Virus record (IMG/VR): IMGVR_UViG_3300045988_118522
Span: 1-37,698 of that record
From: a virus
DNA: 37,698 nucleotides
Strand: one strand, 5' to 3'
Positions 22,801-30,048 of this stretch are shown in pieces. Position numbers and translations under genes: made by a program. Each line of letters opens with the position of its first letter. The stretch's first letter is position 1. The notes under the pieces are model-generated. The model was not told where the DNA came from and made no database searches. It saw only the letters and a program-made list of their open reading frames with translations.

Positions 22801-23286
22801 ATGGATGATTCAGATCATGACCATGACACGAAGTCTGGTATCAAGCGCGACGCGCGCGGTTACGAAAGTGGTGTAAAAATTTTTCTCGAAATGCTGGAGC
22901 GGTCGGAGGCTAGAATTGACAGAACCAGCCGAATTACCGAAGAACTGACAAGGGCGTGCAAATCGGTGGAGACCGCATACACCTCACACGTCAGCAGCCT
23001 GCAATTTTCCCGCGATACGTCGCAGAAGAACAACGCTAAACTCATTTCCCTGCTTGACAGGTTGACAAGTTCCTTCACGAAGGAAAGCGAGGACAAGCAG
23101 CGCAGAATCGAGATGCTGGAGGCGGACAAAAACGCGCTTCGGGCACAGCTTCACAGTGCGACCGACAGATATTGGAAGCTGCAGGAAGATTACAGAAGGC
23201 TGGCGGAAAGCCTAACTGGCAGCCGCAACACATACACTATCGGCTGCAACAACGGAGGCTCCGCGGACTCGAAATTGAAAGTATAA
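22801..23286 (+). CDS. Coiled-coil hypothetical protein
   Basis: 161 aa, rich in charged heptad-like sequence. Confidence 0.6.
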   Translation: MDDSDHDHDTKSGIKRDARGYESGVKIFLEMLERSEARIDRTSRITEELTRACKSVETAYTSHVSSLQFSRDTSQKNNAKLISLLDRLTSSFTKESEDKQRRIEMLEADKNALRAQLHSATDRYWKLQEDYRRLAESLTGSRNTYTIGCNNGGSADSKLKV

Positions 23287-23298
23287 AAGTATAATATT

Positions 23299-23877
23299 AT
23301 GCGAAAACTAATTATAACCCTATTCACTCTCCTTGCTTCACTTGCCTGCTTTGCGCAGAATGACAATGACTATAATTTTTCGGTTCATGAGGGCGAAATC
23401 ATTTGGCAGCGAGTATTCCAGGATTCCAGGCCTTTCGACGAACTCTGCGACGTTGCAAAAGCGTCAAAGGCGTTTGAAAACGTTGTCATAAACGGCAGTA
23501 AAATTGAAGGCTCGCTAACGCCTGAAAGGGCAGACATAAGAGGAGCAGGGTACAGCAATATGTCCGCGACCTTCCTCGTATCAAATTCGTACCTCGCTGC
23601 AAATTTTGTCTTGCAATGGAAGGAGGGCAGATACAGAGTGACGCTGATGGACATCAAATTTGTAGGCGCTGGCATGATGGGTATATCGATGAGTGGGATG
23701 TTTGCTTCAGGCATCGCGCCCGGAGAAAAAATAAACATCGAAACCTTCCTTCGCAAGAACGGCAAAATAAAGGAGACATTTTACTCTTCAGACACCGCCG
23801 AAATCCTTGATTACACCTTCACCTCGATTTTTATGCTGCAATCTAAAATGGATGTCGTGCTGGATTCGGATTTTTAG
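23299..23877 (+). CDS. Secreted protein or lipoprotein (possibly DUF4468-like)
   Basis: Signal peptide MRKLIITLFTLLASLACFAQ. The gene overlaps the convergent integrase stop by 4 nt. Confidence 0.65.
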   Translation: MRKLIITLFTLLASLACFAQNDNDYNFSVHEGEIIWQRVFQDSRPFDELCDVAKASKAFENVVINGSKIEGSLTPERADIRGAGYSNMSATFLVSNSYLAANFVLQWKEGRYRVTLMDIKFVGAGMMGISMSGMFASGIAPGEKINIETFLRKNGKIKETFYSSDTAEILDYTFTSIFMLQSKMDVVLDSDF

Positions 23878-25091
23878 ATGTTTGACCAGTCAAAGAGGCT
23901 CAGGACCTTCTCGTTTGCCTTCCACATGACCTCCCAGTCCTTTGCGATATAGATGTCAGTCACTCGCATGCTGCTGTCGACATGACAGAGACAGTCGTTA
24001 ATAACAGCCTTGTCTATGCCTGCCGAATATGCAAGCGTGGCCCAGGTGTGCCTTGCGCTGTAGAATGTCAGAGGCTCCGTAATCTTCATGATCTTACATG
24101 CCCTTCGTAAACCGGTCGAAAGTTCGGAGACGAAAATTGGCGATGTCGTCTTGAGGTGTATGCGGAGGGCTCGCTCGCCCGTCGGATCTCTCCATCTGTC
24201 AAAAAGCGGCTTGATTTCCTCTGGGATGCGCACGTGCATCTCTGCCTTGTCAGCCCTTGCCCGGCAGGTCTTGGTCCTGTTGTAGATGAGGATGCCATTT
24301 TGCGGCGGCAGACACGAGTGCAAGTCTATCGCGTTCATTCCCATCAGCGCAAATGAGAGCAGGAACATGTCTGCTGCCCTTATGTCAAGTTTCTTGACGA
24401 GCAGGCCGCGTCTGTCGATGAATGCCTGAATGGTCTCCCTGCTCACGTTCCTATGAGCCGCCTGGATTGTTCTTGCAGGGTGAAAATAGGCAAATGGATT
24501 TCTTATATAGATCTCGCCCGTCTCCTCGTTGTTGTATCTGAGCCGCGCCTGGGCATGGATGTGTCCGATACTTGCAGGGTAGGAACCGGTCGCGCGTGCA
24601 CCTCTGCCATGCTTGTTGACCAGCCAGGCCTCAAAGTTCCTCATCATTGAAGATGTTACTTCAGATATGTCCAGAGTGTCCCTTCCTACGAAGCTCTTTA
24701 GCGCATTGACCGCGTTGATATAATAGTTCTTCGTGTTTCTCGTAGTTTTTGAAGCAATTACCTCGTCTGCGAACTTGAAGAAGTCAAGTCTGAAGGACCC
24801 CTCCTGATTCGAGCTTATAAATCTGACGATGTCGTCGAGCGACATTTGCGTGACGGCAAAGGTGTCTATCCTCGCAGCTGCTGCCCTCATCTTTGCTATC
24901 AGCGCATCCGTCTTGTCGAGGACAGCCCTGTCACGTATATTTCCGGAGCGCGTGAGCTGTGACGAATCAACCGCAATGTTCGTCGAAATATACTTGACCT
25001 TCCGGTTCGCCGTGACGCGGATCCTGATAGTTTGAGTCCCGTCGCTCTTCCGGTATGGTGACAGAACAGCCTTGAAAGTGATTGTACCCAT
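23874..25091 (-). CDS. int: Tyrosine integrase (Bacteroides-type Arm-DNA-binding plus SAM-like N-terminal domains)
   Basis: C-terminal ARHTWAT...H...VTDIY catalytic pattern. The start is set at MGTITFKAV (25091). Confidence 0.9.
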   Translation of the reverse strand: MGTITFKAVLSPYRKSDGTQTIRIRVTANRKVKYISTNIAVDSSQLTRSGNIRDRAVLDKTDALIAKMRAAAARIDTFAVTQMSLDDIVRFISSNQEGSFRLDFFKFADEVIASKTTRNTKNYYINAVNALKSFVGRDTLDISEVTSSMMRNFEAWLVNKHGRGARATGSYPASIGHIHAQARLRYNNEETGEIYIRNPFAYFHPARTIQAAHRNVSRETIQAFIDRRGLLVKKLDIRAADMFLLSFALMGMNAIDLHSCLPPQNGILIYNRTKTCRARADKAEMHVRIPEEIKPLFDRWRDPTGERALRIHLKTTSPIFVSELSTGLRRACKIMKITEPLTFYSARHTWATLAYSAGIDKAVINDCLCHVDSSMRVTDIYIAKDWEVMWKANEKVLSLFDWSNI

Positions 25092-25099
25092 TTCCCTTT

Positions 25100-25118
25100 T
25101 TGTTAAACAATTTGTAAA
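25100..25118. repeat. 19-bp direct repeat, copy 1 (in the int 5' leader)
   Basis: TTGTTAAACAATTTGTAAA is identical to 25303..25321. Confidence 0.8.
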
Positions 25119-25129
25119 CAAATCAAGGG

Positions 25130-25137
25130 CAAATGTA
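25130..25137 (-). promoter_or_regulatory. Candidate -7 box of the integrase promoter
   Basis: The minus strand reads TACATTTG (TAnnTTTG), with TTTG about 25 nt upstream, 39 nt before the int ATG. Confidence 0.4.
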
Positions 25138-25150
25138 CACGAAAATCTCG

Positions 25151-25195
25151 TACAAACAAAAATAACTCCCTAGCGGACAAGCGCTGGAGAGTTAT
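25151..25195 (-). terminator. Strong rho-independent terminator ending the accessory gene cluster upstream of int
   Basis: The minus-strand hairpin ATAACTCTCCAGCG-cttgtc-CGCTAGGGAGTTAT (about 13 bp) is followed by TTTTGTTTG. Confidence 0.6.
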
Positions 25196-25260
25196 CTATG
25201 CGATATTTTTAAGAATCTACACTGCGTGTGGTGTGTTCATTATTTAATATATCTTGTAAG

Positions 25261-25277
25261 TTAGTGATATTCACTAA
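25261..25277. repeat. Perfect palindrome TTAGTGA-tat-TCACTAA in the non-coding region upstream of int
   Basis: 7-bp arms with a 3-bp spacer, read directly from the sequence. Confidence 0.8.
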
Positions 25278-25302
25278 TATATATTAATTCGAAATCTAGC
25301 GA

Positions 25303-25321
25303 TTGTTAAACAATTTGTAAA
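25303..25321. repeat. 19-bp direct repeat, copy 2
   Basis: Identical to 25100..25118. Confidence 0.8.
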
Positions 25322-25398
25322 TTTTAGCATCTAATCTATCTCCAACGCACAAAAGCTAGTCTCGTCAAGCGCTGCAAAGATATGCAATTTTCCTGAAT

Positions 25399-25611
25399 TT
25401 AATCACTATTGTTGCACAAGTCTGCAGGTGTTGCAAAAGCGAGGTCCAGGACCTTGCCCCTGGAGATGCCTAGCGTCGCAGCTTGCTCGTTGATGGCATT
25501 CAGCGTCTCTTGAGTTACCATCGCGCTGAATGGGACTCTTTTCTTTTCTGACGGCGGCCTTCCGGAGCCCGGTCGTGAACCGCCGTAATTTGGATTCCAA
25601 TTTTTGTTCAT
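25399..25611 (-). CDS. Small putative DNA-binding protein (RHH-like)
   Basis: Start set at MNKNWNPNYGGSRPGSGRPPSEKKRVPFSAMV, followed by helices. Assignment to the ribbon-helix-helix class is tentative. Confidence 0.45.
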   Translation of the reverse strand: MNKNWNPNYGGSRPGSGRPPSEKKRVPFSAMVTQETLNAINEQAATLGISRGKVLDLAFATPADLCNNSD

Positions 25612-25612
25612 A

Positions 25613-25780
25613 CTACAATTCTTCACAGAACTGGTCAAACTCTTCATCATACTCCCCAGCGCTGAAATCCGGCAGGGTGTCATCATCGAACAGCCAGCGG
25701 TAGAAGTTCGGGTCACTTTGAGCTTCGAGCTTCACCCACTCCGCGAACCCGCAGGTCTCGCCTTTTTTTCGTTTATGCAC
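25613..25780 (-). CDS. Possible small acidic protein with a GTG start (55 aa)
   Basis: Open frame VHKRKKGETCGFAEWVKLEAQSDPNFYRWLFDDDTLPDFSAGEYDEEFDQFCEEL*. No ATG is available. Confidence 0.3.
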   Translation of the reverse strand: MHKRKKGETCGFAEWVKLEAQSDPNFYRWLFDDDTLPDFSAGEYDEEFDQFCEEL

Positions 25781-25786
25781 GTCAGA

Positions 25787-26263
25787 TTACAGCCCGAAAT
25801 ACTTTCTCACCGAGAATACCTTGTCGCGGTCCTCCAGCCTCGCCTGTGCGAGTTCGGCGCAGACGCGCGGCTCCTGGTCCTGTGCGATGTAGTTGTGCAT
25901 GACACCCCATTCGTCCGACCAGACCATGTTCAGGACGGCGAAGAAAGCCCACCTGTTGTATTCCCCGTCCTCCTCGTATCTGATTCCGAGTGATTCCAGG
26001 ACCCTGAACGTCTCGTCCGGATCTTCCCAGTGCCCGCCTCTAGAGCCGTCGAAGTTGACGAAGTTCCTGACGATTTCCTGAGCCTCGTCTTCCGACAGGT
26101 ACTCCCTGAACCTCACGAGGTCCTCGCATTCGTCGGCAAGGGCCTTCGCGTTGTCCTCGCTCATCGACGCGACCATCTTGAGGACGATGGCGCGTCCGCT
26201 TTCACTCTCTATCCTATCGCGGAGAAGTCCGATGAACCTTTCCGCAGTCATATTCCTTTCCAT
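25787..26263 (-). CDS. Hypothetical protein
   Basis: 158-aa ORF on the same strand. Confidence 0.65.
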   Translation of the reverse strand: MERNMTAERFIGLLRDRIESESGRAIVLKMVASMSEDNAKALADECEDLVRFREYLSEDEAQEIVRNFVNFDGSRGGHWEDPDETFRVLESLGIRYEEDGEYNRWAFFAVLNMVWSDEWGVMHNYIAQDQEPRVCAELAQARLEDRDKVFSVRKYFGL

Positions 26264-26297
26264 GATTTCTGTTTTTAGAATTGTCAGAACATGACAA

Positions 26298-26774
26298 TTA
26301 ATTGCACTTATCGCCTGAAGAAATAAGCCGCGACAGCATCTGCTTGACTTCGTTCATAGACGATTCAATTTTGCTGAAGCGCTGTTCCGTCTCCTGCTTT
26401 TCCCGGAAGGCCGGATTCAGTTCCGCCAGGAGCCCCGTCGATTTCTCGACTATCCGTCTCTGGTGTTCGACTGACGCGAGCGCCTGCTCTGCAGATGTCT
26501 TCATAGATTCCACTTCTCCTGCAAGCCCCTGTCTATCGACCGAAAGCACGAGGTTGCCCGCGTAGGTAACGGAGAGGGTTTCAGGAATGACGTAGTTAGC
26601 CGTCTTGCCGTCAGCCTCTATCGAGACATCAACGACCATTCCGGACTTCCCTGCCGTAGGGTTCAATTCCATGCGCGGAAATCCTACTGAGACCACCTTT
26701 CCTTGCGTCAGTGTGAGATTCTGCTTGTCGAGAATGAAAACCGGATAGTTTTGTTTCAAATCCTTGAAATACAT
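26298..26774 (-). CDS. Hypothetical protein (beta-rich N-terminus, coiled-coil C-terminus)
   Basis: 158-aa ORF. Confidence 0.65.
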   Translation of the reverse strand: MYFKDLKQNYPVFILDKQNLTLTQGKVVSVGFPRMELNPTAGKSGMVVDVSIEADGKTANYVIPETLSVTYAGNLVLSVDRQGLAGEVESMKTSAEQALASVEHQRRIVEKSTGLLAELNPAFREKQETEQRFSKIESSMNEVKQMLSRLISSGDKCN

Positions 26775-26834
26775 ACGCTATTAAATTACGAGCGGAGGGC
26801 ATTGTCACCCTCCACTCTGTGAAACATCAGGCGT

Positions 26835-27656
26835 TTACGCCGTTGTCGCTGCAGGTTTGAGAGCTGCAATGAGTTCCGCATTCTGTTTCTGCTGTGAGAG
26901 TTCAAGACGTGCGTCATTGTACCTCTGCTGGAGGTCTGCCTGCCAGTGACTATTGAGAGTGTCAATAATGCGCTGAGTGTTGTCCTGACCAGCCCTCACG
27001 ATGTCGCACTTGTCCTGCTGCATCTGGAAGCCGATGCCGGAGAAGCCACGCTCCACGCTCCTGTTCACGAAGTCCAGTCCAGTCTGTATCTTGTACTCGA
27101 TGTCCTTCTGGCCGAGCTGGTTCTCGTAGCCCATCCGGAGGATGTTCTGCTGTGTGTTGCAGCAGCAGTCCTTGATTGCCTGGATGACGTTGCAGTCGCC
27201 CATGTTGACCGCGTTGATTACGCGCTCAGCTGAGAAACCGACCTGTCCGCCCACCTGCTCGATAGCCGAGCGCACGGCGCAGATTCCGCCCTGCAGCTGG
27301 TTGAAGTCGCAGTTAAGGTTCGCCGCGAGCGTCGTGATGGCGTCGTTGTTGCCCTTGATTGCTGACATCAGAAGGTCGCTGTTGTGGTTGTCTGCCATCT
27401 GGGTTCTGAGGGAGTCAATCTGACTCTGGATTTCAGTGCCCTGAAGGTTTCCGTTTCCGAGTCCGAATCTGTTTCCGCCGAAAAGGGCGAGAAAGATAAG
27501 GTACATCCAAGGATTGTTCATCCAGTTGTTCGCTCCGCCGTTCATTGCGGCCATCATCGCCATCGGGTCAGTGTCGCGCTTTCCGAGCATCGCAGCCGCG
27601 AGGATGTCATTGTTGCCCCTGTCGCAACAATAGATTTTGTCAACCATTTCGCTCAT
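26835..27656 (-). CDS. Cys-rich single-pass membrane protein of unknown function
   Basis: Start set at MSEMVDKIYCCD (27656). TM segment WMYLIFLALFGG, several Cys clusters (CCD, CCCN) and a C-terminal coiled coil. Confidence 0.65.
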   Translation of the reverse strand: MSEMVDKIYCCDRGNNDILAAAMLGKRDTDPMAMMAAMNGGANNWMNNPWMYLIFLALFGGNRFGLGNGNLQGTEIQSQIDSLRTQMADNHNSDLLMSAIKGNNDAITTLAANLNCDFNQLQGGICAVRSAIEQVGGQVGFSAERVINAVNMGDCNVIQAIKDCCCNTQQNILRMGYENQLGQKDIEYKIQTGLDFVNRSVERGFSGIGFQMQQDKCDIVRAGQDNTQRIIDTLNSHWQADLQQRYNDARLELSQQKQNAELIAALKPAATTA

Positions 27657-27762
27657 GATGAAATTTGTTGTTAGTGTTATCCGCCTCTTGCGCCTTCGGC
27701 GGTCTTGGCACGTTGCGCATCGCACTACAAACTTATCATTATGAATGTTGATTTTCAGATGG

Positions 27763-28086
27763 TTAGTTCCCGCCTGGTTCCCTTTCCGTTCCCTTTTGAT
27801 TCAGCCACGTCGCGGACAGCCTCAGGAACGAGAGCCGCAGCCCAGTGGAGCCTTCTAGACGCGCCTCGAAGCCCGCTTGCGCCTTCCTCACGGCACGTTG
27901 CGACATCCGCATCCTCTCCGCTATCATGCGAGGGTAGAAGCCGTTTCTATAAAGAAGATAGATGACAAGGTAGCGGGCGTCCACGACCTCCTCCAACTTG
28001 CTTTCAGACAATATCCGGTCGCTGCCGATTTCAGTCTCCGCGGAGACGTCAGCGAGCACTGAGGCAAAAATTTCTGACTTTTTCAT
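27763..28086 (-). CDS. DnaA C-terminal-domain-like HTH protein
   Basis: EEVVDARYLVIYLLYRNGFYPRMIAERMRMSQRAVRKAQ resembles the DnaA domain IV HTH pattern. Confidence 0.55.
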   Translation of the reverse strand: MKKSEIFASVLADVSAETEIGSDRILSESKLEEVVDARYLVIYLLYRNGFYPRMIAERMRMSQRAVRKAQAGFEARLEGSTGLRLSFLRLSATWLNQKGTEREPGGN

Positions 28087-28144
28087 TTCTTTTTCAGTTT
28101 TTATTAGTTATCTTCGCCTCAGCCAACAACGAAAGAAAAACCAC

Positions 28145-28194
28145 AACCCACAACATTAACTGAGGCAGTTAGCCCCCGTTTGCTGTTGTGGGTT
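28145..28194. terminator. Bidirectional terminator-like hairpin after the lysis cassette
   Basis: 11-bp arms AACCCACAACA/TGTTGTGGGTT with an inner hairpin TAACTG-agg-CAGTTA. An A-run lies upstream and a T-run downstream. Confidence 0.5.
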
Positions 28195-28265
28195 TTTTCT
28201 TTTTAGTTGGCGCTAAATATAAATCTTGCTCTGCAAGTCGGGGGCTTTTTATGCCCCTCTTTTTC

Positions 28266-28679
28266 TCACGAAATCAATTTTGCGAATAAACCGAGAATCG
28301 GTCTCCGAAATTTCAAGAATCCGATGGCGGCTACGATCGCTGCGAGAATCCAGAATACGTTAAGCCTGAAGCGCTGCCAGGCAGTCAGCTCCTTCTCCAC
28401 CTTTACTTCTTTCTCTCTATCAATATAGACAGAATCAATCTTGCTCCTGTAGAGCGTGTCCCTGACGATTCTGTATCTCTCGCGGATTTTTTCTTTGTAA
28501 ATATAGATAGTGTCGCCTTTCTCTTTGACAAAGACCGAATCGCGCTTGAATGTCGAATCGACGCGAGTATTCGTGATGTATGTCGTGTCGCGCTGATAGA
28601 CCGTCTGGATTTGTGTCCTGACAGCCCCGCACGACGCGAGCATTAGCACCGCACATATCATTGATAGCACGTGTCTCAT
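28266..28679 (-). CDS. Candidate unimolecular spanin (N-terminal lipoprotein signal plus C-terminal TM)
   Basis: Lipobox LASC at residues 14-17 and C-terminal TM VFWILAAIVAAIGFL. It overlaps the endolysin stop by 4 nt. Confidence 0.6.
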   Translation of the reverse strand: MRHVLSMICAVLMLASCGAVRTQIQTVYQRDTTYITNTRVDSTFKRDSVFVKEKGDTIYIYKEKIRERYRIVRDTLYRSKIDSVYIDREKEVKVEKELTAWQRFRLNVFWILAAIVAAIGFLKFRRPILGLFAKLIS

Positions 28680-29158
28680 AGCTTCTTTCCTTTTGCGTCG
28701 AGATACCTGTAATTGTAGAGTATCTGTCCTCTCTGAGCGCCCTCAAGCCTATGCGAGAAATGCACAAATGTCGGGTAGAGAATCATCTGATCGTAAGGAA
28801 GATTGAGTCTCTTTGCTAGCCTTGCAAGTTCCGTGACGACCTTAATATCTCCAGTGCCGTTGCGACCGAAAGGGCAGATGTCAGCGGCCTCTCCTTTGAG
28901 GTGCTGGCTTGTCTTCACTCCGCCTGCCGCGGCATTGACCGCCGGACACCTGTAGCCGCTGTTAATCGCAAGGGGCTTGCCCCACGCATCGCGTAGCGGC
29001 TGCAGGACATTCTCTGTTAAGGCAAGGATGCTATCGCGCACGTCGATTGACGTGATGACATTGCAGATGCCCTTCCTGTCTGCAATGTCGCTTTTTTCAA
29101 ATTCGCGGTAACTGAAATCTTTTGTTATTGTTCCCATTTTTTTACTCACTTTTCCCAA
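28676..29158 (-). CDS. Endolysin, peptidase M15 family (zinc D-Ala-D-Ala carboxypeptidase-like)
   Basis: SGYRCPAVNAAAGG..SQHLKGEAADI motif. An alternative start is at 29137. Confidence 0.85.
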   Translation of the reverse strand: MGKVSKKMGTITKDFSYREFEKSDIADRKGICNVITSIDVRDSILALTENVLQPLRDAWGKPLAINSGYRCPAVNAAAGGVKTSQHLKGEAADICPFGRNGTGDIKVVTELARLAKRLNLPYDQMILYPTFVHFSHRLEGAQRGQILYNYRYLDAKGKKL

Positions 29159-29609
29159 TGCCGTGCTTCGGCTGTTCTTTAATCATTGCTATAATCTTCT
29201 GCGCTGTCTCACTATCAACACAAGATATAATTTCCTCGACAGCATCTACCACTTTACCTGCCGCACTCTGTTTCTTCTTCGAGTTCTCAATAACAGAACG
29301 TCCCTCAATCAGCAGTACGCCTAAAGTCGCCAAAATGGCGCAATAAGGCAAATTATACCAGACGAATACCGCGCCCAAGATGTCTATTAGCAGAAAGAAA
29401 AACACGATGCGCAGGTAGTCTATAATCTTGCGGATAGTCTTCCGCAAGCCGTGGCTCATAATCTTCTCCTTGTTAGCGCGTGCCGCGTCAATGCCCGTCC
29501 ACATATCTATAAGCGCCGCTGCGCAGACGAGCACGCACAGAAGGAAGGCAATCATCGTCCCCCTTGCCAGACCTTCCGGAAGGTTGAATGTTGTTATAAT
29601 CTCCTGCAT
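29142..29609 (-). CDS. Holin (Phage_holin_4-like)
   Basis: 155 aa with three hydrophobic segments, D.WTG and EG.S..EN patterns and a charged C-terminus. It is upstream of the endolysin. Confidence 0.7.
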   Translation of the reverse strand: MQEIITTFNLPEGLARGTMIAFLLCVLVCAAALIDMWTGIDAARANKEKIMSHGLRKTIRKIIDYLRIVFFFLLIDILGAVFVWYNLPYCAILATLGVLLIEGRSVIENSKKKQSAAGKVVDAVEEIISCVDSETAQKIIAMIKEQPKHGIGKSE

Positions 29610-29613
29610 ATTC

Positions 29614-29889
29614 CTACCAGATTACGAGATAAGACCATATAGCAATCTGCATCGCAAGTGCTCCGGCCGTTGTCGCCGCGAAGTCAAGAACCTCGACGCT
29701 GCCGTTGCCCCTGCTGTCGAAGAACTCCTTGAGCATTCCGGCGACCACTCCGGCCACCCACGCATACGGCGCAAATCCCTTGATAAATGCGCACAATGCG
29801 ACGATGAGCGCACCCGCAATGAAGTGCAGCAACTTGTCCTGCGGAATGCTTCCCAAAGCGCCTGAAATCTTAGCGAGAATCCTATTCAT
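29614..29889 (-). CDS. Small membrane protein (second holin or antiholin candidate)
   Basis: 91 aa with 3 predicted TM segments. Confidence 0.55.
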   Translation of the reverse strand: MNRILAKISGALGSIPQDKLLHFIAGALIVALCAFIKGFAPYAWVAGVVAGMLKEFFDSRGNGSVEVLDFAATTAGALAMQIAIWSYLVIW

Positions 29890-30046
29890 GATGCACCTCC
29901 TCTTCTATCTCCTTGAACCACTTTGCGCTCTTTTCCTTGACGATGACTTCGGCGAAAGTGTCGCCGTTGCGCGTGTCGATTATTCCGTTAGGTGAGGAGA
30001 GCCTTACATAGCCCTCCCTCACTCCTTCAATGTTCATCCTGTTCAT
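29882..30046 (-). CDS. Small hypothetical protein (54 aa)
   Basis: Hand-translated as MNRMNIEGVREGYVRLSSPNGIIDTRNGDTFAEVIVKEKSAKWFKEIEEEVHHE*. Confidence 0.4.
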   Translation of the reverse strand: MNRMNIEGVREGYVRLSSPNGIIDTRNGDTFAEVIVKEKSAKWFKEIEEEVHHE

Positions 30047-30048
30047 AA

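Noticed and set aside
25604-25993. 129-aa plus-strand ORF.
   Set aside because: It is antisense to two minus-strand genes and does not fit the operon structure.
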